From NCBI GenBank assembly GCA_051294375.1, contig JBJCIZ010000239.1, forward strand, positions 6,033,074-6,097,073: a DNA stretch of 64,000 bases, written 5' to 3'. Source of the DNA: Paraspadella gotoi (taxonomy: Eukaryota; Animalia; Chaetognatha). The translations under genes and the position numbers were made by a program. The notes under the pieces are model-generated. The model searched no databases. It was given only the letters and a program-made list of their open reading frames with translations, and was not told the origin of the DNA. This document shows positions 21,665 through 34,069 of the stretch, piece by piece; position 1 is the stretch's first letter; each line of letters begins with the position of its first letter.

Positions 21665-22286
21665 CACTAAGGCGTAGTGAAAGTTACATACGAAAATTCT
21701 AAAGTCAATTATAAACAACATACCATCAGTGAACATTAATTTGTAAAAAAAATTAATTTTAATGTTTTTTTTAATTTTCGCAGTAGGCTATATTTATATA
21801 TAGTACTATCCTTATAAAAATCGAAAAATTTCAAAATAAGCTTTTCTTATTTTTGATTGCAGATTTGAATTCCTTGTCAAAAGTTAATAAAAGAAAATAT
21901 AAATCATTTTTAAAAATTCTTTCATTAAATGGGTTAAAAATTAAAAAAACTATATTTATAATATATAAAAAGTTAATTTTCAGCTTAAAATATAGCTTTT
22001 TCTAATTTTTGACCCACTTAATGAAGGAATTTTTCAAAAGAGTTTATATTCTTTTTATCAACTTTTTATGACAAATCCAAATCTGCAAAAAAATCTTAAA
22101 AAAACTGTTTTGAAATTTTAACATTTATTGATTTAGTACTAGTATAAATATGGCCTACTGCGTAAATTGTAAAATTTAATATAAATTTTTTTATTACATA
22201 AATGTTCATTAATATAATGTTGTTCGTTCCTCACTTTTAGAATTTTAATTAAAGTTTAAATTTAGAAATTTTACTACGCCTTAGTG
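21665..22286. mobile_element. Foldback/MITE-like long imperfect palindrome (~300-bp arms)
   Basis: Symmetric blocks: cactaaggcgtagt/actacgccttagtg, cgcagtaggctatattt/aaatatggcctactgcg, gcagatttg/caaatctgc. Confidence 0.75.
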
Positions 22287-22371
22287 AGCACTGGGCAGAC
22301 ACTTTAAATTAGCCATGGAATTATGCTACCTATAAAACTAGCACAATTTGTGATTGTATTGCGCTATCAAA

Positions 22372-22373
22372 GA

Positions 22374-22428
<55 letters not shown>

Positions 22429-25222
22429 GAGAGAGAAGAGAGAGAGAGACAAGAGAGAAAGAAGAGAAAGAAAGAAAGAAGAAAAGAAAAAAAAAGAAAG
22501 AAGAAAGAAAAGAACAATAAAAGAAAACAAAGAAAGAAAACAAAGAAGAGAGAAGAAGAGAGAGATGAAGAATGAGAGAAGGGAAGAGAAGGAAGGAAGA
22601 AGAGAGGGATGGGAAAAAGGAAGAGGAAGGGGGAGGAGCAGGAAGAGAAAGAGGAGAGGGAGAGAGAGGGAAGAGGGAGGCAAGGAGAGGAGAGAGAAAG
22701 GAAGGAGAAGGGGTGGGAGGGAAGGCGGAGAGGAGAGGAGAAAGGAGAGAGGGGAGAGAAAAGGGATGGGGGGAGAGAGAGAGAAGGAAGAGAGGAAGGA
22801 GAAGAAGAGAGGGGAGGGAAGAAGGAGAGAAGAAGAAGATAGGAAGAGGGGAGAAGTAGAAAGGAGAAGTAAAAGAGAGAGAGAAAGAGAGAAGAAGAGG
22901 AAGAGGAGGAAGAAGGCGAGGGAAAAATATGGAGGGAGAGAAGAAGGAGAAAGGGAGAAGAAGGAGGAGAAGTAAGAGGAGAGAGAGGAGAAGAGAGGAG
23001 GAGAGAGAGAAAGGTGAAGAATAGAGAGAGGAAAGGAGAGAGGAGAAAAGGGAGGAAGGAAGAAGTGAGAAGAAAGAAGAGGGATGAGGAGAAAGAGAGA
23101 AGGAGGAGGAGGAAGAAGAGAAGGAGAGGAGAGGGGAAAGAGAAGAGAGAGAGAAAGGAGGCAGAGGGAGAGAGAGAAGGGAAGTGGGAGAGGAAGGAAA
23201 GAAGGGAAGGGAAGGAGGGAGAAAGGAGAGAGAGAAGAAGAAGAGAAGGAAGGGAAGAGGAAAGAGAGAAGAAAGGGGAGAAAGAAAAGAAGAGGAGGAG
23301 AATGAAGAGAGAGGAGAGCGGAAAGAGGAGGAGAGGAGAAGAGGGAGAGAGGAAGAGAAGAGGAACGAGAAGGAGAAAGAAGAAGGAGAAGGAGGATAGA
23401 AGGAGGGGAGAAGAGAAGAGAGAAGGAGAACGGAGAGAAGGAGATAGAAGAGAGAGGAGAGGAGAGGAGAGGAGAGAAGAGAGAGAGAAAGAGAAGAGAA
23501 GAAAGAGAGAGAAAAGAGAGAAAATTTCGAATAGTAAACAAAGGAAGGAGAAAGAGAGAGAGAGAGAGTGAAGAAGAAGTAGAGGAGGAGGAGAGGGAGA
23601 GAGAGAGAGAGAGAAGAGAGAAGAGAGGAGAGAGAGGAGGAGAGAGAAGAGATAAGAGTAAGAAGAGAAAGAGGAGGAAAGAGAAGAGAGGAGAGAGGAA
23701 GAAAGAGGGAGGAGCGAGGAGAGGAGAGGAAGAAAGAGAAGAGAGAGAAAGGAAAAGGGAGAAAAGGAGGGGGAGGAAAGAGAGAGAGAGGAAAAGGGAG
23801 AGGGAAGAAGACAGAGGGAAAGGGAGGGGAGGGGGAGTGGAGGACAGAGGGGGGAAGGGAGGAGGAAGAAAGAGAAGAAAAGGGGGAGGAGGGGAAGAAA
23901 GAGAAGATGGGAGGGAGGGGGAAGAGAGGAAGGAGGGGGGGGAGGGAGGAAAGCAGAGGGAAAGGAGTAGAAAGGAGAGAGAAGAGGAGAGGAGGACGAG
24001 AGGAAATGAGAGGAGAAGAAGAGAAAGAGGGAAGAGAGAAAGAGAAGAAGGAGAGAAAAGGAGAATGAGAGAGAAAGAAGAAAGAGAGAAAGAAAAGAGA
24101 AAGAAGAGAGAAGAGTGAGAGGATAGATGAAAGAAGAAGAGAGTAGAAGAGGAAAGAGGAAGAGGAAAGAGAAGGAGAGGAGGAGAGAAAGAGGAAGAAG
24201 TGGAGACGAAGAAGAGAGAGAGAGCGAAGGAAGGAAAGGGCGGAGGAGAGAAGAAGGGAGAGGAGGGAGGAGTGAGAATGAGAGGAACGGGAGAAGAGAG
24301 AGAGGGAAGAGCAAAAAGAAAAGAAAGCGAGAGAAGAGAGAAGAAGAGAGAGAGAGGAAGGAATAGAGGAGAGAGAAGAAAGAGAGAGGGAGAAGAAGAA
24401 GAGAGAGAAGAGAAGAGAGGAAGAGGAGTAAGAAGAAGAGAAGAAGGAGAGAGAAGAGAGGAGAGGGGAAGGAGAAGAAGAAGTGGAAGAGGAGCGAGCT
24501 AGAGAGGAAAGAAGAGGAGGGAAGAAAGAGGAGGAGAGAAGAGAGGCGAGAGGAAAGGAAGGAGAATAGGGAGGGGAGAAAGGGAAGGGGAAGGGAAGGG
24601 AGAAGGAAGAAAGAGAAGAAGGAGAAAGGAAGGAAAGAGAGAGAAGAAGGAGAGAGCAGAGGGAAAAGAAGGAAGAGAGAAGAGAGAGAAGAGAGAGGAA
24701 GAAGAGAAAGGAAGAAGAAAGAGGAGAGGAGAAGGGAGAAAGAGAGAGAGAAGCAGAGAAGGACACAGAAGAGGAAGAGAAAAGAGAGAAAGGAGAAGAG
24801 GAGAGAGGGAGTGAAGAGAAGAAGAGGAAGAGGGAGAGAGAAGGGGAAGAGAAGAAGAATAGAAGGGGAAAAGAAGAAGGAAGCAGAAGAAAAGAAGGAG
24901 AGAAGAGGAGAAGAGAGAAAAGAAGGGATAGGGAAAGAGAAGAGAGAGAGAGAGAGAGGGAGGGAGAGAAGGCGGAAACGAGAAGAAGGAGGAAGAGAGA
25001 GAGAGGAAGAAGAGCAGAGAGAGAGGAAGGGAAGAGAGAAGGAGGGAGAAAAATGAAGAAGAGAGAAGAGAGGAGAGAATAGAGGGAGAGAAGGGATGGG
25101 AAAGAAGGGAAGAAGAGAAGAAAGAAGGAGAGAGAGAGAAGAGGAGAGATGAAAGAGAAGAGAAGAAGAACGGAGAGAAGAGAGAAAGAGGGAAAGAGGG
25201 AAGGGAGAGGAAAGGAAAGAAA
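22372..25222 (+). repeat. ~2.85 kb aperiodic polypurine (G/A) tract
   Basis: Almost no C or T on the + strand. It generates the spurious Leu/Ser/Phe and Arg/Glu ORFs. Confidence 0.9.
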
Positions 25223-25689
25223 GTCCAAAATCGTTTCACACCTCTCGTTTCCAAAACCCCCTCGGCCGCTTTCCTCCTTCCCATTATCCTTCCCGCCGCC
25301 CACCCAACCCAAAAGGAAGAAAAAAGAGAAAAAAAGGAAAAACTCATTGGATAAAATCTTTGACCCCAGAATCCTGAAGCCGTATGACGCTCTTCTGCAA
25401 AAATCCCAATGCGCTCGCCACGCCCCCCCGGCGCGAAGCCGGCGACCACCCCAACCCCCTTAAACTCGAACCCATTCATTCCTGATTTCCCAATCATTAT
25501 CTCCCCAGCTTTTCAAGGTCTTTCCCTTCCTAAAAAATAAAAATGATCCCCGGCTAATCCCCTACTTTCGAGTTTGTATCGCATTTTCTCGTAGCATCCC
25601 CTACCCTTCCTCCGCTCTCTCTCCTCTCTCCCCAATTTTTTTCTGTTCCCCAGTTCCCAATGATCCAAAGTCATTTCCTTTCTTTCCCA

Positions 25690-26110
25690 GCCTCGTATCC
25701 TTTAAATTCCCAGCGATCCACAGCCTCATATCCCATCGATTCCCAGCTTCCTAACCCATCAATCCCAAGCCTTTTACCACATCGATCCCCAACCTATCAC
25801 ATTGATCCCATGCAAATTATCAAAGCAATCCTCAGCCTATTATCCCCTCAATCCCCAGTCTCTCATCCCCTCAATCCCCAGCCTCCTATCCCATCGAATC
25901 CCAGCTTCCTATCCCATCAATCTCCAGCCTCCTATCCCATCGATTCCCAGCTTCCTAATCCATTAATCCCTTTTATCCCTTCGATTTCCAACCTATCACA
26001 TTGATCCCAAGCCAATTATCAAAGCTATCCCCAGCCTCTTATCCCCTAAATCCCTAGCCTCCTATCCCATCAATCCCCATCCTCCAATCCCATTGATCCC
26101 CAGCCTTCTA
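25690..26110 (+). repeat. Degenerate ~22-bp tandem repeat (CCCAGCCTCCTATCCCATCGAT)
   Basis: Visible recurring unit. Confidence 0.7.
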
Positions 26111-26180
26111 TCCCATTTTTTTCCAGTCTCTCCCATTCCCACAATTCCCTCCGTTCAATCCCTGACCCGATCCCCGATTT

Positions 26181-26535
26181 TCACGGAATCCCCGGTTTTC
26201 GCTCGCCGGAAGTCTTGACCTTAACCGTGACCCCGTCGGTGACCTCGGAGTCGTTGCAGCCGTCGTCGTCGTCGTTGTCGTCGTCATCGTCGTCGTCTTT
26301 ATAGTCGTCGTTGTAATCGTCGTCGTCATCGTCGTCGTCTTTATAGTCGTCGTTGTCATTGTCGTCGTCGGCGTCTTCTTCATCGTCGTCGTCGTCTTCA
26401 TCGTCGTTGTCTTTCTCTTCCAAGGCCATTACGAAACCCTTAGTGGAGATGGTTATGGCTTCGATTCTTTGTCGGCCTTTTGCTTCGGGCCACTCTCGAA
26501 GCTGGTCGTCGTCTTCGTCGTCGTCGTCGTCGTCT

Positions 26536-26567
<32 letters not shown>

Positions 26568-26679
26568 TTCGTCGTCGTCTAACCAACAACGGTTTTTTCT
26601 TTCTTGGCGTCGTGGTTCACCTGAACTGTGCAATGTTCGATATGGCAAATTGCCATTCCTCCATTCCTCACCATGGAAG
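26181..26679 (-). CDS. Possible Asp-rich exon (unassigned)
   Basis: Open frame of ~500 nt after acceptor-like ccccttcgtttctcccag. Non-repetitive segments alternate with poly-Asp. No recognisable homology, and (GAC)n tracts are also non-coding elsewhere in this window. Confidence 0.2.
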
Positions 26680-26694
26680 CTGGGAGAAACGAAG

Positions 26695-26746
<52 letters not shown>

Positions 26747-27079
26747 CTTTCCTTTATTACTTTATTATTGAGAATTTCTCCTTTGCCCTACAATTACCTA
26801 ATTCGTTATTCGCTGCGTAAAAACTACGTAAAAGTTCGCCGCAGCAGGCAGCCGTGGCAGCAACGACAGGGGAGGCAGCGGAGGCAGCGGAGGCAGCAGC
26901 GGCAGCAACGGCAGCGAAGGCAGCGACCGTTTTCTCCTTTCTGGGCCGTCCCCTTCCTCTACCCTTTTACTTCCGATCTTCGATATTCTTCTTCGTCGTC
27001 TTAGTCGTCGTCGTCGTCGTCCGATATAATCAGTCCTTGCTTCTTTCCGATCTTTCTTTCCTTTCGTATCATTTTTTTT

Positions 27080-27167
<88 letters not shown>

Positions 27168-27251
27168 TCAAACTTCAAACAAACAAACTGAAAACAATAA
27201 ACGTTAACAACCGTAATGTATATTCATCGAAATTCGCTTCCCTCGAAAATA

Positions 27252-27313
<62 letters not shown>

Positions 27314-30300
27314 TAAAGACGACGGCCACGCGGGGATCCATTCCGAACTAAGATGTCGGAAGAAGGTCGTCGTCGTCGTCGTCGTCATTTTAATCACCTT
27401 TCCCGGCTTTTCCCCCTTCCCCTCCTTCTACTACCCTTACTCTCAACCCCCTTGCCACCAGGGATGTGGAGCCGGAGCTGGAGCCGGACCCGGAACCAGA
27501 ATTTTTATCTGGCCAGAGCCGGNNNNNNNNNNNNNNNNNNNNNNNNNNNNNNNNNNNNNNNNNNNNNNNNNNNNNNNNNNNNNNNNNNNNNNNNNNNNNN
27601 NNNNNNNNNNNNNNNNNNNNNNNNNNNNNNNNNNNNNNNNNNNNNNNNNNNNNNNNNNNNNNNNNNNNNNNNNNNNNNNNNNNNNNNNNNNNNNNNNNNN
27701 NNNNNNNNNNNNNNNNNNNNNNNNNNNNNNNNNNNNNNNNNNNNNNNNNNNNNNNNNNNNNNNNNNNNNNNNNNNNNNNNNNNNNNNNNNNNNNNNNNNN
27801 NNNNNNNNNNNNNNNNNNNNNNNNNNNNNNNNNNNNNNNNNNNNNNNNNNNNNNNNNNNNNNNNNNNNNNNNNNNNNNNNNNNNNNNNGGTTCAGAAAGC
27901 GGCGCCCCGGCGCTCACCTTAGGTCCGCGCCGCCCTCTTGGCTCCGCGCCGCCGCCCACGACTCCCACGCCCACGCACCGGAGTTCGGGGTCGGCTCATC
28001 ATCATCATTATCTTCGTCGTCTTCATCGTCATCATCATCATCGTCATCATCATCATCATCNNNNNNNNNNNNNNNNNNNNNNNNNTCCGTCCGTCTAGAG
28101 ACTTTGAAATTGAGGCAAAAAAACTTTTTATCAAAGCGAAAAAATGTTAGGGGCAAAACTGATTAAAATATAAAACAATCAAAGAGAGATTAATCTATAT
28201 TTTACCTTCCTACTCTAATTGCCGTCTCTTCTCCGAGCTACAAAAAAAATGACAAAGCTGAATAAATACAAAAAAATGTGACAATCGGGCGTTCCAAAGC
28301 AGTGGCAACTGGTTGGCAAACACCGCTCCGAGGTGACGTTTTCGTTCTTCCGTCTTGTTCTGGTCGGGAAGAACCGCTTTGGCGAGGTTGGTTTGTTTTG
28401 TCCTCCTCTCGCTAACAAGAGACCTTGAATCTTTGACTCAACTTCACCTTTTTCTCAACTCCTAGGAAAAACGAATCTGAAAAGAAACTAAAATAAAACT
28501 TTTTGAAATTTAGTGGGTTAGAAACCTAAAATACTAAATAAATCGAAAAAAATATTAATTTTCTAAAAAACGAACAAAGATTATTTTTAAAAAAATATTT
28601 TTATTTAAAAAATACTAAATATTTCTTATCGAAAAATGGCCGTACCCCCCGCACGAACGGAGAGGAACGAAAACCTGTTCTACAAAAAGAAAAAAAATTT
28701 TCGAAAAAGTTCCCAAAATACCAAAGGAGTACTAAACGTAGTTAATGTAATGCTTTGGGGAAACGGGGGAAAACCGCAAATGTTCTCGAGCCCGTAAATC
28801 CGAAATCTTGAGGAAAAAGGCATGATGGGAAATATACACTTTATCCGGAGATAACGAAGCGTTACGATCGGTTTGAAAATTGACGGTTTAACCTGCCAGA
28901 AAACCAAACACACAAAAATAACAATATTACCCTAAAAAAATAAATATTTAATTAAAACTAAAAAAATATAGAAAAAATAAGTATACAATAATTATTTTCA
29001 GGAAATGCCCGCCGCACCAAGACCAGCACGATCAAACGCAACTTTCGAAATGCGTAGCCTCAGCCAGTAATCGTCGTTCACGATCCGAGCGTCACTACGA
29101 ACCGGAAGTCATGTTCATCGTCGCGAAACCGATGTTAACGAGCCATAAACACGAAAACAAGTCATGTTAAATTTACGGCAGCCAATCGACGATGCATCGA
29201 TGCATTCGATGGCCGCGTGACCTAATTCCTTTACCATAAACAAAAATTCTAAAAAATACGATACTTGAAAAAAAAGGCAAAAAAAATCGAGATACTGAAA
29301 TAAGGTTCAATTAGTAATCTTGTGGTAGCGAAGAAGGCTGGAACGGGCCGACTTCCGCACGCACGAACAAGCCCTCCCACGACCTCCCCGCCCAGCCCAT
29401 GAAGTAAACACCCTCTCACAAATGTTCCCTTTAGCGAGGACGGACGTCGACGCAAAGAAAACAAAGCGAGACTCCGTCCAAAGCGCCCCATGAAGTCAAG
29501 GCCGACATGGTGCAGAAATGCGAAATAAACCAAATAAATAAACGTAAAAATTGATCAAAAAATAAATACAGCTTTTGAAGAAGTTTGACGATACTGATAT
29601 TCTACTTTGAGCATTTCAGGGGTATAAAACAATATTCTAAATGCAAAATTTTAAAAAATACGATAAAATCGTTGGGTTACTTTTACTTTGCCGGACCGGA
29701 GGTTAGGGTTAGTTTAAAGTGATTTAGGTTTAAACGGGCTTTAAAGTTAAAATAATTTAAATAATATTTTTTTTTATCATTTTTTTTAAAATAAATATTT
29801 TTAAATAGTTTCAAAAACCGCCAAACCGCTGTCGGCGAAAGTAAAATTAGCAAATCGTTTTTATTGGTAATTTTTATAATTTATGGAGATACATGCTTTT
29901 CATTGGTTGTTTACGGCCACTGGAACCAAATAAAATGGCCAATAAGATTTCCTAAACTGATCTGACTATAAAGATATAAACAATATATACAAATGTATTT
30001 TAATATTTTCTATCTCGATAGATCATGAAAATAAATTTGAGAAACAAAGTTACAAAATCTTTCTTGTTTCACATGCATGGAAGAAGAGCACGAGACTTAT
30101 CGGCTGTCGCGGCGATCAAAATCCGCTCACAGAATTAGTCAGAATACAATGCAGCGAATTCCTTAATCATTCTTTCAACAGACTGTGTTATGAACAATTA
30201 TTAAACTTCGGAATAGTAAAGAGGAACCATTAAAATATTTTTCGATTTCCTGAATACTAAATGTAGGTGCTTTAAAATAACCTCAGTAAAAATCAAATCA

Positions 30301-31163
30301 TCCCCATGACGTAAATGGCCGTTTCAGCAATCGAAGTGAGAGGAGGTTCAAAAGAACGTGGCGAGTTATCTGCCTCTCTCATTCCCAGATGTTTAGCCGC
30401 TTTCTTAGCTATTCAAGATGACGAAGGGGAAGTTCGTTAATGTGTGTGGATCATGCACACGACCACAGGCAATCACCGTCCAATGCAGTGCGATGGGCGG
30501 TGTTAACAGCGAGTAGAATCCTTCAAGCCGATAACCCTTAATACAAATAGATTTACATTAAAAGTATTAAGAATGTTATAAATTTTTAGAGAAAGTTAAA
30601 TACTTTAAAATAATTGTTTAATTCGTACTCACAATTTGATTAAAATTCCACAATAACTACTTTACACTGTCACAATCCAATTTTCGTTCAATAAAGTTGA
30701 TACAATGACCGATATGTTCTGCTTCTCCTTCATTTCTTCCATTTACCCTTCGTCGTATTTATATTTTAAGTTTCTACTTCTTTGCCGTCGACAATGCCAT
30801 GGCGATGCATTGCACGAAAGCTCAGAGCGGATACGCTCGCGGCACTTCATCGAACCTTGTGAGGAATCGATGGCCTTAGACTTGATCCTCATCGGTGACG
30901 ATGCCGTCGTCGCATTGTGATCGGGGGGGGCGGGGGGGGGGGGGTGGGGGGGGGGGGGGGGATGGCGATCATCCGTCGATGCTGCAGGGCCAACGATCGG
31001 CTGTCTCGCGCGCCAAATTGTCGAGCATTGACAATTTTTTCTGGATTTTTCAAAAAAAAATTTTAACGAAAATTAAATCATTTTGATTATTAATTTTTAA
31101 TTATTAATTAATTTTTACTTATTAATATTATGTTATTCCTTTTCTTTTCGTTGTATGTTTATG

Positions 31164-31322
31164 TATTTAGAGAAAACAAAGTTTTGTTTGTTGAAAACAA
31201 TGATTTTTCTTTTTAACATTGGGACATGTTTCGGCTCTTGATTTAAGCCTCCATCAGCGTTTTGTGTTTAAATAAAAAAAAATCGTTGTTTTTCAAACAA
31301 CAACTTTAGTTTTCTCTAAATA
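31164..31322 (-). mobile_element. Inverted-repeat Penelope-like fragment with degenerate hammerhead core
   Basis: Imperfect arms tttagagaaaac...aatgattttt / aaaaatcgttg...gttttctctaaa flank minus-strand CTGATGG-a-ggctt...gagcc-GAAACATGTC (31221-31260). Confidence 0.55.
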
Positions 31323-32603
31323 GTTATTAATAAAAAAAGGTTTTCCTTTCCACATTTATTTTTAAGTCAAAAGAATAACACATAAATACACAAAATCACT
31401 AATACTAACATTTTGATTGCATATTAACTATTTGTTGAAATTAGGGCCTGTTTATATACCATACAGAGTATTATTAAAATATATTTAAGAAATCTAAACC
31501 TAATTGCTAATTTAAAATATTTAAACCAAAGTATATTTAAAATTAAATTAATTTAATTAATTAATTCAATTCAGTTAATTTTCTAACCTATCGGATTCTT
31601 TTTCTTTGACCAGGGAAAAGTCAGTTTCTCTGCCCGATAGATAATATATCGCCAAATTTTCCGTTTCAAAATTTGATTCCCTTGGAGAATTGGGGGTGTA
31701 TTTTGTCGTCCCCGACACCAACGTGCGAGGGAGAAGGCGTAAGAACACAGCCGGAACGAACTCTTTATGGCGATGTCTTTTCATAACGACTGTTCTGGAG
31801 AGAAAGAGAGAAGAAGGAGAATTAATAATCCTGTTTTAGAGGACAATATTAGTTTACTTAATAAAAACTGATTTAAGAAATGAAAGCGCCGCATTAAGAT
31901 CAAGGAGGAGAATAATAATCTTTTTTTGAGCGATTAATAATTAGTCACTTTATTAAAAACCGAATTTAAAAAGGACCGGGCTGCAATTAGATCGAGGAGG
32001 GAATAATAATCTTTTTTGAACACGAATAGTTTACTACCCATAAAATTAAATGGCATTAATTACAATCGGACTAAGCAAAACCTACTAAAAACTAGAAAAT
32101 ACGGCATGGTGGCGTCATTTAATAAAGTAAGTATCTTGTCCCGGACTTTGGACAGGCTTTTGTGTTTAAGGCCTCCACTCACACTTACAGAATAATATAT
32201 ATAATACCACTTCATTTATTATCAATTGGTCCTCCGTCCTTCGTCCTTCGTCGCATGCTAACAAGATTTAAGCAGCGTTAGGCGTCGTTGCTTCTTACGG
32301 AATTTTAGCTTGGAGAAATAGTTTGGAAAAGATTAGACAGTTAACAAAACTGTCTGGCGCTAGGAGGAGGCCAACAATATAATTCAATAAGATTCTAATT
32401 CTAAATTAGAAACATGGTCATCATATTAAGGTAGACAAAATAGTTGATGTTCTGATATACGCAATGAGTCTATTTAAAACATTGAATAATTAAATAAAAA
32501 TATTTTTTAAAAAAAGCTAAATGAAGCGATGCTAAAGTCAAGACGATGTAATGACGCAGGAAAAAGCGCGAGAAATTTAGTTTTTATTCAATGGAAAAGG
32601 ATC

Positions 32604-34069
32604 TACTATGATGGAAAAAAAAAATGTCACGGTTTCTTAACTAAATTTAATCTTAATTTATTCTTTAATCTCATGTTACAAGTGTATATAAGTTTTAAAC
32701 CACCAGAACTTTCAAAAATTTTAAAAAAAATCAATATTTATTAAATGAAAACTTTTATATTTAATTATTAAAAATTTTATAATTCATTATTTAATCATTA
32801 ATATAAAAACCATAAAAATTATTAAAAAATTATAATATTTAATTTTTTTGAATTACTTTTTTTAAACATAATTAAACAATTCAAGGAATTAGATATTTAT
32901 TAGATTTATGATAAAAAATAATTTTAACAAATAAAATTTTTTTTTTAAATTTTATTATATTACACAATAGGGTGAATGATAAAAAGATTTTTGAACATTT
33001 TTTTACTGCCTATGGACATATAATTTAATAAATTTTTAAATACTTTTATAAAAAATTTTTAAATATAACAGTATAATAAATTAAATTTATGTGAAGTAAT
33101 ATCCTAAAAAAAATCACTATAATGTAAAAATTTTTACTATATTTAAAATGTTTTTAAATATTCTGATAGAAGTCTAAAAAAAATTAAACAAAATTATATT
33201 ACAACTTTTTAAAATCTATTAAAATTTTATTTATTAAAAATAACAAAAACTACTAATATTATCGGATTGATATGATAATAATTTTTTTAAATTTTTCTTA
33301 ATTTTAACCCACCTATCATTTAAAAATATTAAAAAAATATTAAATTTAACAAAATTTTAACTATGTTTTTTTTAAACTTTTTATAAAGAATCAAATTCTT
33401 TAATAAAAGCTTTTTTAAAATTTTTTTTTTAAATTTACTATTTTATAAAATATTATTACAAATATATAGATTTTATTATTCTATTCCCGAAACTATATGG
33501 AATAAAATATTTTTTAATAATAACTTAATCATTACTATTTTACCATCTAAATATTTTTACTTAATTACCCAAATATTTTTTTAGTTTTTAACTGCTCTAC
33601 TCTACTGCACAAAGCCAATAAAATATAAATCTTATGATTTTTTATAAATTTTTAATTTTTTATAAAAATTGATACAACCAATATAAAACTTATCTATTTA
33701 TTAATAAATAAAACTATTTTATCCCTGACTATGAACAGGCTTTAGTTAGTTTTAAAACCTTTTACCATTACTTACAAAAAATAAAACATAGCAGCGTCCT
33801 GAAAACATTAATCAAAACTTTTTAATATTATTAATATATCTAAAAATAAAAATATATTTATTTATAAAAAATTTAAATTTTATAATTTTAATAACCATTT
33901 CTTTTTTGGACATATGAATGAAAATTATCCATTGAATCAATTCTTATAAAATAATAATCTTTTCTAATATATTATTCTTAATTAAAAATATAAAAAAAAA
34001 ATATATATAATATAAAAATAAATAATAATTAAACAGTTGCTATAACAATTTTTTTCTTCCATCATGGTA
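32604..34069. mobile_element. Extremely AT-rich degenerate element with candidate TIRs
   Basis: tactatgatggaaaaaaaaaatgt at the left end; acaatttttttcttccatcatggta at the right end is its approximate reverse complement. No intact ORF. Confidence 0.4.

Noticed and set aside
22330-25497. Long ORFs of 330-980 aa
   Set aside because: They are translations of a purine-only tract that cannot contain stop codons on the pyrimidine strand. No protein-like complexity.
26260-26350. DYKDDDD resembling a FLAG tag (vector contamination)
   Set aside because: It lacks the final Lys, is embedded in a natural (GAC)n tract, and no vector sequence is nearby.
26854-27460. Candidate GALNT first (signal-anchor) exon: FFFVVLVVVVVVRY or RKKVVVVVVVILITF
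   Set aside because: No convincing ATG plus phase-0 donor combination, and the hydrophobicity derives from GTC repeats. Left unresolved.
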